Origin: the human T2T-CHM13v2.0 reference genome, Homo sapiens | Reading direction: 5' to 3' (one strand) | Assembly: GCF_009914755.1 (NCBI RefSeq) | Contig: NC_060934.1 | Length of the DNA: 64,000 nucleotides | Part shown: positions 30,460 to 42,480 of the stretch, piece by piece | Numbering within the stretch: the stretch's first letter is position 1 | How the letters are laid out: each line of letters starts with the position of its first letter | Program-made: the position numbers and the translations under genes | The notes under the pieces: model-generated | What the model saw: only the letters and a program-made list of their open reading frames with translations | The model's database searches: none | What the model was told of the DNA's origin: nothing

Positions 30460-31630
30460 CAACTCACACCTGAACTAAAACCTAAATGCCTTATTTTCTT
30501 CTGCAATACCACTTGACCCCAATACAAACTCAACAATGGTTCCAAATAGCCCAAAAACGGCACTTTTGATTTCTCCATCCTACAAGATCTAGGTAATTCT
30601 TGTTGTAAAATGGACAAATGGTCTGAGGTGCCTGACGTCCAGGCATTCTTTTACATGTTGGTCCCTCCCCAGTCTCTGTTCCCATGCAACTCGTCCCAAA
30701 TCTTCCTTCTTTCCCTCCTGCCTGTCCCCTCAGTCCCAACCTCAAGCATCGCTGAGTCTTCTCAATCTTCCTTTTCTACTGACTCATCTGACCTCTCCCC
30801 TCCTCCCCAGACTGCTCCTCAGGTCACTCCCCACCAGGCTGAATCAGGCTCTAATTCTATCTCAGCCTCTGCTCCCCCACCCTATAATCCTTCTATCACC
30901 TCCCCTCCTCACACCTGGTCTGGCTGACAGTTTTGTTCCACAACTAGCCCTCCCCAACCTGCCCAACAATTTCCTCTGAAAGAGGTGGCTGGAGCTAAAG
31001 GCATAGTCAAGGTTAATGCTCCTTTTTCTTTATCCGACCTCTCCCAAATCAGTTAGTGTTTAAGCTATTTTTCATTAAATATAAAAACCCAGTCCAGTTC
31101 ATGGCTCGTTTGGCAGCAACCCTGAGATGCTTTACAGCCCTAGACCCTGAAAGATCAGAAGGCTTAGTCTCAATATGTATTTTATTACCCAATCCGCTCC
31201 TGACATTAAATAAAGCTCCAAAAATTAAATTCCAGCCCTCAAATCCCAGAACAGGATTTAATTAACCTCGCCTTCAAGGTGTACAATAATAGAGAAGAGT
31301 TGCAATTACTTGCCTGCACTGTGAGACAAAACCCCAGCCACATCTCTGGCACACAAGAACTTCAAAATGCCTAAGCCACAATGGTCAGGCTTTCCTTCAG
31401 GACTTCCTCCCCCAGGATCTTATTTCAAGTGCCAGAAATCTGGCCACTAGGTCAACGAATGCCCACAGCCTGGGATTCCTCCTAAGCCATGTCCCATCTG
31501 TGTGGGACCCCACTGGAAATCGGACTGTCCAACTCGCCCAGCAGCCACTACCAGAGCCCCTGGAACTCTGGCCCAAGGCTCTGTGACTGACTCCTTCCCA
31601 GATCTTCTCGGCTTAGCGGCTGAAGACTGA
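30460..31630 (+). pseudogene. gag: HERV-H gag remnant
   Basis: proline-rich PPPY (ORF 30610-30927); nucleocapsid knuckles YFKCQKSGH*VNEC and CPICVGPHWKSDC at ~31421-31528; stops and frameshifts. Confidence 0.85.
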
Positions 31631-31669
31631 CACTGCCCGATCGACTCGGAAGCCTCCTGGACCATCACA

Positions 31670-33855
31670 GATGCTTTAGGTAACTCTTATATTGGAGAGT
31701 AAGTCCATCCCCTTTTTAATCAATATGGAGGCTACCCACTCCACATTACCTTCTTTTCAAGGGCCTGTTTCCTTTGCCTCCATAACTGTTGTGGGTATTG
31801 ACAGCCAGGCTTCTAAACCTCTTAAAACTCCCCAACTCTAGTGCCAACTTGGACAATATTCTTTTATGCACTCCTTTTTAGTTATCCCCACCTGCCCAGT
31901 TCTCTTATTAGGCTGAGACATTTTAACTAAATTATCTGCTCCCCTGACTATTCCTGGGCTACAGCCACTCCTCATTGCCACCCTTTTCCCCAGTTCAAAG
32001 CCTCCTTTGCATCCTCTCCTTGTACCTCCCTACCTTAATCCACAGGTATGGGACATCTCTACTCCCTCCCTGGCAACCAATCACACGCCCATTACTATCC
32101 CATTAAAACCTAATCACCCTTACCCCGCTCAACACCAATATCCCATCCCACAGCAGGCTTTAAAAGGATTAAAGCCTGTTATCACTCGCCTGTTACAGCA
32201 TGGCCTTTTAAAGCCTATAAATTCTTACAATTATCCCATTTTACCTGTCCAAAAACCAGACAAGTCTTACAGGTTATTTCAGGATCTGCGCCTTATCAAC
32301 AAAATTGTTTTGCCTGTCCACCCTGTGGTGCCCAACCTGTACACTCTTTTGTCCTCAATACCTTCCTCCACAACTCACTATTCCATTCTTGATCTTAAAG
32401 ATGCTTTTTTCACTATTCCCCTGCACCCCTCATCCCAGCCTCTCTGTGCTTTCACTTGGACTGACCCTGAAACCCATTAGCCTCAGCAACTTACCTGGGC
32501 TGTACGGCTGCAAGGCTTCACAGACAGCCCCCATTACTTCAGTCAAGCCCAAATTTCTTCCTCATCCATTACCTATCTCAGCATAATTCTTCATGAAAAC
32601 ACACGTGCTCTCCCTGCTGATCATGTCCAGCTAATCTCCCAAACCCCAACCCCTTCTACAAAACAACTCCTTTCATTCCTGGGCATGGTTAAATACTTTT
32701 GCCTTTAAATATCTGGTTTTACCATGCTAACAAACCATTATATAAACTCACACACACACACAAAAACCTAACTGACCCCATAGATCCTAAATCCTTTCCC
32801 CGCTCCACTTTCCATTCCTTGAAAAACAGCCCTAAAAGCTGCTCCCACACTAGCTCTCCCTAACCCATCCCAACCCTTTTTTCATTACACACAGCCAAAG
32901 TGCAGGTCTGTGCAGCTGGAATTCTTACACAGGAGCCAGGACCGCGCCCTGTAGCCTTTCCGTCCAAACAACTTAACCTTACTGTTTTAGCATAGCTCTC
33001 ATGTCTGCGTGCGGTGGCTGCCACTGCTTTAATACTTTCAGAGGCCCTCAAAATCACAAGCTATGCTCCACTCACTCTCTACAGTTCTCATGACTTCCAA
33101 AATCTATTTTCTTCCTCATACCTGATGCATATACTTTCTTCCCCCCTCCACTACCTCTCAGCAAGCCGAACTCATTGCCTTAGTTCAGGACCTCACTCTT
33201 GCAAAGGGACTGCAAGCCAATATTTATACTGACTCTAAATATGCCTTCCATATCCTACACCACCATGCTGTTATATGGGCTGAAAGAGGTTTTCTCCTTA
33301 CTAAAGGGTCCTCCATCATTAATGCCTCTTTAATAAGAAGTCTTCTCAATGCCACTTTACTTCCAAAGGAAGCTGGGGTCATTCACTGCAATGGCCATGA
33401 AAAGGCATCAGATCCCTTTGCTCAGGACAACACTTATGCTGATAAGGTAGCTAAAGAAGCAGCTGGTGTCCCAACTTCTGTCCCTCATGGCCAGTTTTTC
33501 TCCTTCTCATTGTCACTCCCACTTACTCTCCCACTGAAACTTCCACCTATCAATCTCTTCCCACACAAGGCAAATGGTTCTTGGACCAAGGAAAATATCT
33601 CCTTCCAGCCTCACAGGCCCATTCTATTCTGTCATCATTTTATAACCTCTTCCATGTAAGTTACACACCTCTAGCCCACCTCTTAAAACCTCTCTTTTCC
33701 TTTCCGTCGTAAAAATCTATCCTGAAAAAATCACTTCTCAGTGTTCCATCTACTATTCTACTGCTCCTCAGGAATTTCTCAGGTCCCCTCCCTTCCCTAC
33801 ACATCAAGCTCAGGGATTTGCCCCTGCCCAGGACTGGCAAATTAACTTTACTCAC
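31670..33855 (+). pseudogene. pol: HERV-H pro-pol remnant (protease, RT, RNase H, N-terminal integrase)
   Basis: ORF 32007-32480 has RT motifs PILPVQKPDKSYRLFQDLR and LDLKDAFF; no YxDD seen downstream; RNase H NIYTDSKYAF at ~33219-33248. Confidence 0.93.
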
Positions 33856-34037
33856 AGAGAACAACCCCCTTTGACTGTAATTTTCCATTACCTACCCAAA
33901 TCCTATAAAACGGCCCCACCACTATCTCCCTTCGCTGACTCTTTTTGGACTCAGCCTGCCTGCACCTAGGTGATTAAAAAGCTTTATTGCTCACATGAAA
34001 CCTGTTTGGTGGTTTCTTTACACAGACACGCATGACA
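33855..34037 (+). mobile_element. Truncated 3' LTR7 of provirus A
   Basis: matches 29673-29856; shares gtttctttacac with the 5' LTR. Confidence 0.93.
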
Positions 34038-35369
34038 GTTATACTAATGTATCTCGAATTTTCATCCAGCCTGAAAACTTCTACCTTTTATTTGGAGGGC
34101 CTATCAGAATTAATAAAATTAACAATATGCTTGAGCTTTGGCTTGCCACCTAAATGATTGTTTTCCATTTACCTTATGTTTTCTTTGATCCTATATTTCC
34201 TCTTTATCAGTCTCCATTTGGAAAAATGAATATTTTTTATTTCATTTTATTTTCATTTTTTTAGCTATTGTTGCGCTGAATTTTATTTCTAAATGTTATA
34301 AACACCACAGTGCTTTTTACACATATTTTTTAAGTTGAACAGGTAGACCTCTGAGCCCAAGCCTGCATGTGTACATCCAGTTGGCCTGAAGAAATTGGAG
34401 AATCACAAAAGAAGTGAAAATGGCCGGTTCCTGCCTTAACTGATGACATTACCTTGTGAAATTCCTTCTCCTGGCTCAGAAGTTCCCTCTACTGAACACC
34501 TTGTGACCCCCACCCCTGCCTGCAAGAGAAAAACCCCTTTTGGCTGTAATTTTCCACTACCCACCCAAATCCTATAAAACTGCCCCACCCTATCTCCCTT
34601 TGCTGACTCTCTGTTTGGACTCAGCCCACCTGCTCCCAGGTAATTAAAAAGCTTTATTGCTCACACAAAGCCTGTTGGTGGTCTCTTCACATGGACGTGC
34701 ATGACAAAATCACTTCTCAGTGTTCCATCTGCTATCCTCAAGGATTTCTCAGGCTCCCTCCTTTCCCTACACATCAAACTCAAAGATTTGCCCCTGCTCA
34801 AAACTGGCAAATTAACTTTACTCACATGCCCCAAATCAAAAACCTAAAATACCTCTTAGTCTAAAAAACCACTTTCACTAAATAAATAAAGGCCTTTCCC
34901 ACAGGGTCTGAGAAGGCCACTGTGGTCATTTCTTCCCTTCTGTCAGACATAATTCACTTTCTTACTTGGCCCCAACTTCGTCCCAGACACCAGCCCTCTA
35001 GGCAACTATCTTCCCGTCCTTCAGCAGGCTAAACAAAAAATTCACCAGGCTGCTACTCTTCTCTTGCCTACTCCAGATTCCCAGCCATATAAAAACAAAC
35101 GCTAGCTAAACAATCAGTTCTTGTTACAAATCTAACCTCTCAAACTCTACAACCTCGATAGACCAGATCCTACCTAGTCATCTATAATACTCCAATTGCC
35201 TTCTGCCTACAGGACCTTCCCCATTGATTCACGGTTCCAAAATACAACTGTGTCCATCGGACAGCCAGCCTGTTCTCTCCTCTTCCTCCTAAAAGTCACA
35301 AGTACTCTCCCCTACTTCCCTTAAACTCACTCACATTTCTAAAAAGCAATAATAACCGTTATAAGCCTA

Positions 35370-36156
35370 ATACATCCCTTCATTCTATTAGGTCTATTCA
35401 TCCTTACCCTACTTTTTGCAACAGGGCTTTATGCAGTCACCCCTACTACTGTGCCCCAAAATCTTGTCATCCCTACTATCTTCTTTCTAGTCACACTCCT
35501 ATTCACCATTCTCAACTGCTTGTAAATGCCCTGCTCTTGTTTACACTGCCGGTTTACACTTTTCCTCCAAACCATCATAACTAATATCTCCTGGTTTTAC
35601 CTCAAACTGCCACCCTTAGGTCTCTCTTAAAATAAATAAAAAATCTTCAGTAACAAAATACACTCCAATACTTTCAACCTAATAAAGTCCTATTCTTTTG
35701 TACTTCTTCTCATTCTCGTTCTTATGCCACCCTCTACCTCTCCCCAGCTATCTCCACCACACTATCAATCTCACTCACTCTCTCCTAGCTGTTTCTAATC
35801 CTTCTTTACCAAACAATTGCTGGCTTTACATTTCTCTTTCCTCCAAAATCGCCAAAGTCTCAACTAACTCACTACAAAACAAACAAACAAAAAAACCCTC
35901 TATATTTTTAATTAAAAAATATTTTTACCTAAACCAACCTAACCTAATATATGATAACATAAAAAAACTCAAAAATAAAGACCCAAAACTCGCCAACCAA
36001 ACAAATAATCACACTATACCCCCTTAAACACTCTCTAATTAAATGTCCTGGGTCCCCCCAATTCTTAGTCCTTTAATACCTGTTTTTCTCCTACTCTTAT
36101 TCAAACCTTGTGTCTTCCGTTTAGTATCTCAATTCATACCAGGCCATCACCAATCA

Positions 36157-36189
<33 letters not shown>

Positions 36190-36300
36190 GGAGTCTCACT
36201 CTGCCGCCCAGGCTGGAGGGCAGTGGCATGAGCCAATCATTCTATACAACAAATGCTCCCTCTAACAACCCCACAATATCACCCCTTACTCCAAAATCTT
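35370..36300 (+). pseudogene. env: HERV-H env remnant (TM region)
   Basis: ctccaaaatcgc (LQNR, immunosuppressive domain start) and FYLNQPNLIYDNIKKLK in ORF 35698-36027. Confidence 0.75.
36159..36232 (-). mobile_element. Severely 5'-truncated Alu in env remnant
   Basis: poly-T plus ~47 nt of Alu 3' end; TSD CCAATCATT at 36150-36158 and 36233-36241. Confidence 0.9.
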
Positions 36301-36699
36301 TCTTCAGTTTAATCTCTCCCACTCTAGGTTCCCACACCGCTCCTAATCCCCTTCAAAACTGCCCTAAGAAACATCACCCATTATCTCTCAATACCACCCC
36401 CAAAAATTTTTGCCGCTGCAACACTTCACCACTATTTTGTTTTGTTTTTCTTATTAATATAAAAAGACAGAAGAGTTAATTTTCATATTAAGAGAAAAAA
36501 CCTAGGGAAGTTATACCTTGTGCTTAAATATTTGTCTTTTATGGTCCTCTTTGATTCTTTTGTAGATCTAAGTTTCCAATGGGTTAGATTTTCTTTCTGT
36601 AAAATACTGCTATTTATTATTTTTGGCAATGTATTATTGCTAGTGAACAATTTACTCAGCTTTTGTTTTGAAAAGTTTTTTTGACGGTGTTCGTCAGAT

Positions 36700-36965
36700 G
36701 ACTAGTTAATTTGTGGTTACAAAGACCCAGCCCCCTTGACACAATTTTAGAAAACATTTAATTGCTGTTTCTCCTCCAGATATCCCTTGGGCTTATGGGT
36801 ATAGGAAGATCTGCCTTCTGCCTATGTCATATTTACCTCTTCTTCCCCCTTATGCTATTTCCATTGCTCTTGTACAGTTTTTCGATCCCAAGGATACTGT
36901 GCAATAACTTTCTGCACTCAAATCCCTAACTCAGCTTCTGTTGCCTAAGGAATCCAACTTAAGAT
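36700..36965 (+). mobile_element. LTR16-like ERVL LTR fragment
   Basis: caataactttctgcactcaaatcc...ctcagcttctg...ggaatccaacttaagata 3' end. Confidence 0.55.
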
Positions 36966-37193
36966 AATGAGTTTAAAAGAATGCCAGTGCATATGTAGAT
37001 TTAGTATTCAAATATAGTACTTTCACAGATTCATACAAAAATCATAAACAGCCACAAACACTCACAAGTATTTATATTTGTATATTTATATGTGTATGTA
37101 TGTGTACTTTTGCCTGCCAAAGATTTTTAAATTCTCATACATTTTTGATTGACATCATGCTTAATTCCAATAAACCTTATCAGAGTAAACGGG

Positions 37194-37807
37194 TGTAATC
37201 TGAAATACCAACATAAACACTCCTTTATCAACTAAGACAGACCCAAAGGTTAAGGAAACAAGGGTACCAACAGGTCCAAGGTTCAGAGCCTGGCTGGCCT
37301 GGCAAATCTCTAAATTCTTATGGCTAAACTCCCTAACAATAGGAGCTATCAGCTCTGATTTACAACACAGTCACTACAACTCTGATGGGACAAAGGACCA
37401 GCCTTACAAAAATTCGCTTCAGATAAGCTACTGCAGACCTTAAGCCAGTTTCAACCAGCTTATATGGGCTACACAGTCTTTGTATCCTATAGTTTCCCTT
37501 TTGTCCTACAGTCAAATTCCACTTCATTTTAATGCTGAGACCCTGCCTTGAAATGAACATGAAATGTATGTTACATACATGTCTACCCACCATGCATGGA
37601 CTCAGCTCCCATCATAAATATGCATAGCTTTTGTCCCAAACCTGCTGAATGTGTGTGATACCAACTTTGTGAGGCATAAAACCTAACCTGTCTTTCCCCT
37701 CTTCAAAGAGAGAGGTGGAGACTTTCTCTTTCCAGCCTGCAAACCAGTATCACCAGAAAAGCTCTCCTTTCTACTATTTAGCCATTCTGGTGGTCCTTCA
37801 GGTGACA
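37194..37807 (+). mobile_element. MER39-like ERV1 solo LTR
   Basis: TG...CA termini; ggttaaggaaacaa...ggcaaatctctaaattc; aagctctcctttctactatttagccat. Confidence 0.7.
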
Positions 37808-38993
37808 GGGATATTAAGCTTTATGTATAGTTTTATTAAACATCTCTGATAAAGCTCACTGTTATGAACACTTCAAATTTTGAGGACCATGTTCTTTCCC
37901 TAACTCAAATCTCAACTTATCTTTCATTCATAGCTTCCTTTAATTTCTATATTAGTTTTGATGCTCCAATATCTTAGATATAGTCTTAAATTGTAGATAT
38001 CACATTCTGCTAGAATTTCAAGTGTGACAACAGTGAACTCTGTGGCTCCATGATAGTTCTTACAGGAGAGTGGATACGCACCCTTAGGAAGCCCAGAGGG
38101 AATTTTCAATTGTTACTATGTTAAAGTGTTGAGATGACCACACCCCTATCTCATTTGTCTCTAATAAACTTTACAAATTTAACTTATATGGCCATAAAAT
38201 TATTTTATTTGTTTATACCTGATACTTTTTATAGGAATGCTTAAATTCCACTGATGCACATAACTTTCACAATTCGATATACATTCATTATATGTGTTTG
38301 TATTTATATATATATATAATTTTAAGTTTAATATAATGAACACAATCAGAATGTCAATTAACTTATGACTAAATTGCCATTACATTGTGTTCATTAATGA
38401 TATTACCTTGTGTTCATTTCTATTCTGAATGTCTTATTTATTATATAATTATACTAATACTGCTAAATTATAATTTTCATATTAGTTGTAACAAATTTGT
38501 AATTCATTTTGGAGTACTTAAAGTATTTCTCAGAAGAATAAAGAAACTGAAGTCGGAGAAATTAATTAAAAGACTACTTAATTAATCAAGAGGTCAGGGT
38601 AAAAATAAACAGCAAGGAATTGATAAGTTTAAGATACCTATGAGTGCCCTACTTTCTAACGTATTTATAGGTTTCACAGACTTTTTAAATATACAATTAT
38701 ACATAGGCTATTGAATTGGCCACTGCATACCTGAGCATTAAAATAATGATATGCTACCTGGATATAAAAACTTACCTTAGTAAGTTTTACTAAGGCAACA
38801 CTGACCTCACAATGAGTGGACCAGGGAAATACAATTAATTGTCCACATGGAAGCTAGGAAGATATTTCTAAAATGATTAAGATGTTGTGATTTAATAAAG
38901 AGACCAAGCAAGTTCTCACAGTACCCCATCTTTGTTTAGCATTTTTCCTGTTTTATGTGCTGAATCCTTATATATGAATTCATTTATAGATAA

Positions 38994-39323
<330 letters not shown>

Positions 39324-42089
39324 TTGGAATTTTGATTTTAAAAACCAGTACCTTATTCAAGTGGATCAGCATTAAATAACACCCTCTTCCAGAATATTGC
39401 TAATGTATTTTTAGATTTCTGATTTATTCAATAGGTATTTGTTGCCAAGATTTTTCAAAGAATTAAAGAAAACATATTCTGTCCAAAGCATCTTATGTAT
39501 TTCTAATTGTGCTACGTAGCAAGAAGCCTAGGTAGAGAACTTTATATTTATAAGAAAATATGTCAGTGGAAAAGCACTAAAACCATGCTTTATAGGCAAT
39601 CTCAATGAGGATTACTAAATCATGACATATTGGAAAACTTTTGTGATATAAAAACACCTAAGCTTTTGGATTGCGTATTTAACACATCTTACAAACTAAG
39701 ATAAAAAGAATGATTAGAAAACTTCGGAGGCCATAAGTGTCAGGAAAGATGTAATCCACATGGGTGCAAGAGACACGTAGCTGGTGAAATCCCAGTGTAC
39801 ACCCTGGTGGCCTAGAGCTTCTGTTTTAATGGGCTGTGCAAATGTAATGCCCACGTGAAATAATGATGCTCAATCACAGCATTCTCCCTCAATAACCAGA
39901 AAAAAATCTTGCCCACAAAGAAAGAAAAGAATGTTTCAATCTTTTCTCTGGATATAGAAGGAAAATAAACAAACAAAAATCTGTACCTTGAACATCTGAA
40001 ATCTGAAGGGACTTCAGCTGATAATGTAATTTCATAAAGTATTGGGTTAAGCATTGGGACAAAATGGATACTCAAACAGGAAGTCCCAAAATGTTAGGGA
40101 AAGGAAATAAGTCTGAAGAATATCACACAAGAAAAGAAGAGGATTTGAATTTTTATTATTCTTTATGGCTACATTTTATTGTGTTGCAAATATCTGAAAG
40201 AACACAAATATTTTATGTCAATGTTTTCCTCTTGTGATTTTGTAACGTTAAAACAGACCCTGATAAATTGTATCATTTATAGATCTGCACCTTGAATTGT
40301 TGCATAGTTTAACTAATGTATCGATCACATAAGAAACAAAATCTGAAGAAATATTTTTCATTATGCATAAAGCTATTGATATTAACAGTAGGATTTTCAT
40401 GTCATTAATCATTTAGTACACTGCTGAAAACCAGAATGAGAAAGGAAATACTGGGGTTTTGATTTATTTACTTTATGAGGAACAAACAATAAGAGACATA
40501 GCTTATACCTGAGCAAATGTAACTGAAGAAAAAGACAAATTTATTTCAGTAGACTTGTATCATTTTGGTTACTAGTTCAGTGACAAAAATCGATAAAATC
40601 TTACTTCAAAAGGCTTCTCATTTTTTCATAAATAATATTAATAAACAAATCCAGAATTCCCCAATATTTGCAAATTATGGTCTCAGAGGTAAAATGGCAA
40701 ATAATCATTACCTCCAGGATATTTCTGTTATTGAAGAAATAAAATTATATATGATTATATTGTAGAGCAGAAAGTATTAAGTGACTCTAGAGATGACAAA
40801 GTAAAACACCATAGGAAGTAGAAAGCAACATTACTTCCTACTAGGAAATGACTGATGAAAAATATTGTCTTGGGTTCCATAAAATGAAGAGAATTATAAT
40901 ACAAATTATTAAAAGGGCTTATTTTTTTTGCCTAGAAATAGCAAAAAGTACCAAAGTAATTTTAATAATACTTTGCATTTAATAGTATTTATGATTTAAC
41001 CAAACAAGATTAAATGCATAAAACAATCTATCCTATGCTGTAACAGCAGCCTCAGATGGTTGCTAAATCTAAAGGCAAAGGCATTTTGTATATTTTATTT
41101 CACAGAGAGATAAAAAGTATTTACATAAATTTATATTTTGTATACTGCAGACAATATGATCTCACCATAAAAAAATACACAAATTAGAACAGAAATCATG
41201 TCATGAATACAACGGCACTTTTTTCTGCATTCAAGAATTCATACAGTGCAGAACTGTCTGTAAGATTTTGTCTTCTTTTCAACATGCACAAAGTCTTTAT
41301 TATTCTAACTAGTAAACTTTAAAAATTTATTTTCTGGTTATAAACATGTCATTGAATATAGTCAGATGATCCCATTGTTTAAGTAGCTAATGAGCCCCCC
41401 ACTACAAGGAACAGTGAAGATCATTCATATGGTTACTAATCCAGTAGAGAATGCCAAGAATATTTGAAATAAATGCCACTCTTAATCAATAGCTATCGTT
41501 ACAGTGTTTCACGGTGAGATAAAAATAAAGACATACAATTAATTTTGATAAGACATGACTGCTGTAGGTACTGTTTATAAAGTGATACTGTATTTGTTTT
41601 TCTTTGGGTAAAATATCAATGCTAGTAAAACAAATTAATGAAATAAAACAAAAATTTAAAATACACTGCTGCTAGGTAGGTAAAATATTGACTACAGTAC
41701 CTGAGATCAGGATAGTAACATAGTTAATTCCTTTTTAATTTTAGGGTTGAAGCATCTCAACCATTATGAAATGAAATGAAATTCTCACTGCAGCAACTCT
41801 CAAATTTTGAGGCAGAAACATTTTCAATATATATGTCAGATATATTTTAAAGAAATGAATTGTCATTGATATAGCTAAAACCAAGTTTATGAAGATCATT
41901 GCCATCTTGAGTTTACTGGGTTTCCACACAAACAAATAGTACTGTATTTTTTTTTTATTTTTGAAGTGTACATAAATGTTGTTACCTGCTATTCTCATTA
42001 AAATTTTGTTCTCATGTTTTTTATATAAATGCTCATTTAATTAATTCTAGTAGTTTTATTATTTTTTACAAATAAATACGAATCATTAA

Positions 42090-42480
42090 GAATCATTCAT
42101 ATAATTTCTACATTATGATTCTATTGTCTCTTAATTTATAACATATACATACAAAGGGATGTCTGTATGTATCTTAATCGAATTATAGATCAGAAAAATA
42201 AAAAACTCTATAGGATTTTAATAGAGTAATTGGGAAATTGAATATGCACTGGTATTTTTTTTTAAATAGTACTGCATCAGTGTTAAATTTTTTGAGTGTG
42301 ATCATTGTATTGGACTTATGTAGGAATATATTATTATCCGCAGGAGAAACCTGTCGAATAGTTCAGAAAAATAATACATAGAGAATTTTTAAAAATTTCA
42401 AAAAACATTCACGGAGAACATATTCTTTGTCCTATTCTTTTGACTTCTGTATAGGTACAAAATTTTGCAAAATAAGTACA
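42090..42480 (+). mobile_element. Old L1ME 3' fragment
   Basis: taattgggaaattgaatatgcact...cagtgttaaattttttgagtgtgatcattgtattg. Confidence 0.55.

Larger units (their letters stand above)
29468..34037 (+). mobile_element. HERV-H provirus A (defective; 3' integrase/env/U3 deleted)
   Basis: LTR7-family 5' LTR, His PBS, gag/pro/pol remnants, partial 3' LTR; TSD GTTAC (29463-29467) / GTTAT (34038-34042). Confidence 0.97.
34343..36470 (+). mobile_element. HERV-H element B: single LTR + 3' integrase + env remnant ending at the PPT, G-to-A hypermutated
   Basis: LTR 34343-34706 ends CATGACA and is directly followed by integrase sequence homologous to 33728-33856; ends ttattaatataaaaagacag. Confidence 0.92.

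Noticed and set aside
32007-32480. 157-aa RT ORF as a functional gene
   Set aside because: Fragment of a disrupted pol; ends before the catalytic YxDD, which is not seen.
34343-36470. Element B as the piece excised from provirus A
   Set aside because: B overlaps sequence still present in A, carries a full LTR of a different variant, and has hypermutation that arises during reverse transcription.
39795-39812. CTCF-like motif (minus strand GGCCACCAGGGTGTAC)
   Set aside because: The 3' half departs from the core consensus; not supportable without ChIP data.
40812-40840. 9-bp inverted repeat TAGGAAGTA / TACTTCCTA
   Set aside because: Too short to distinguish from background.
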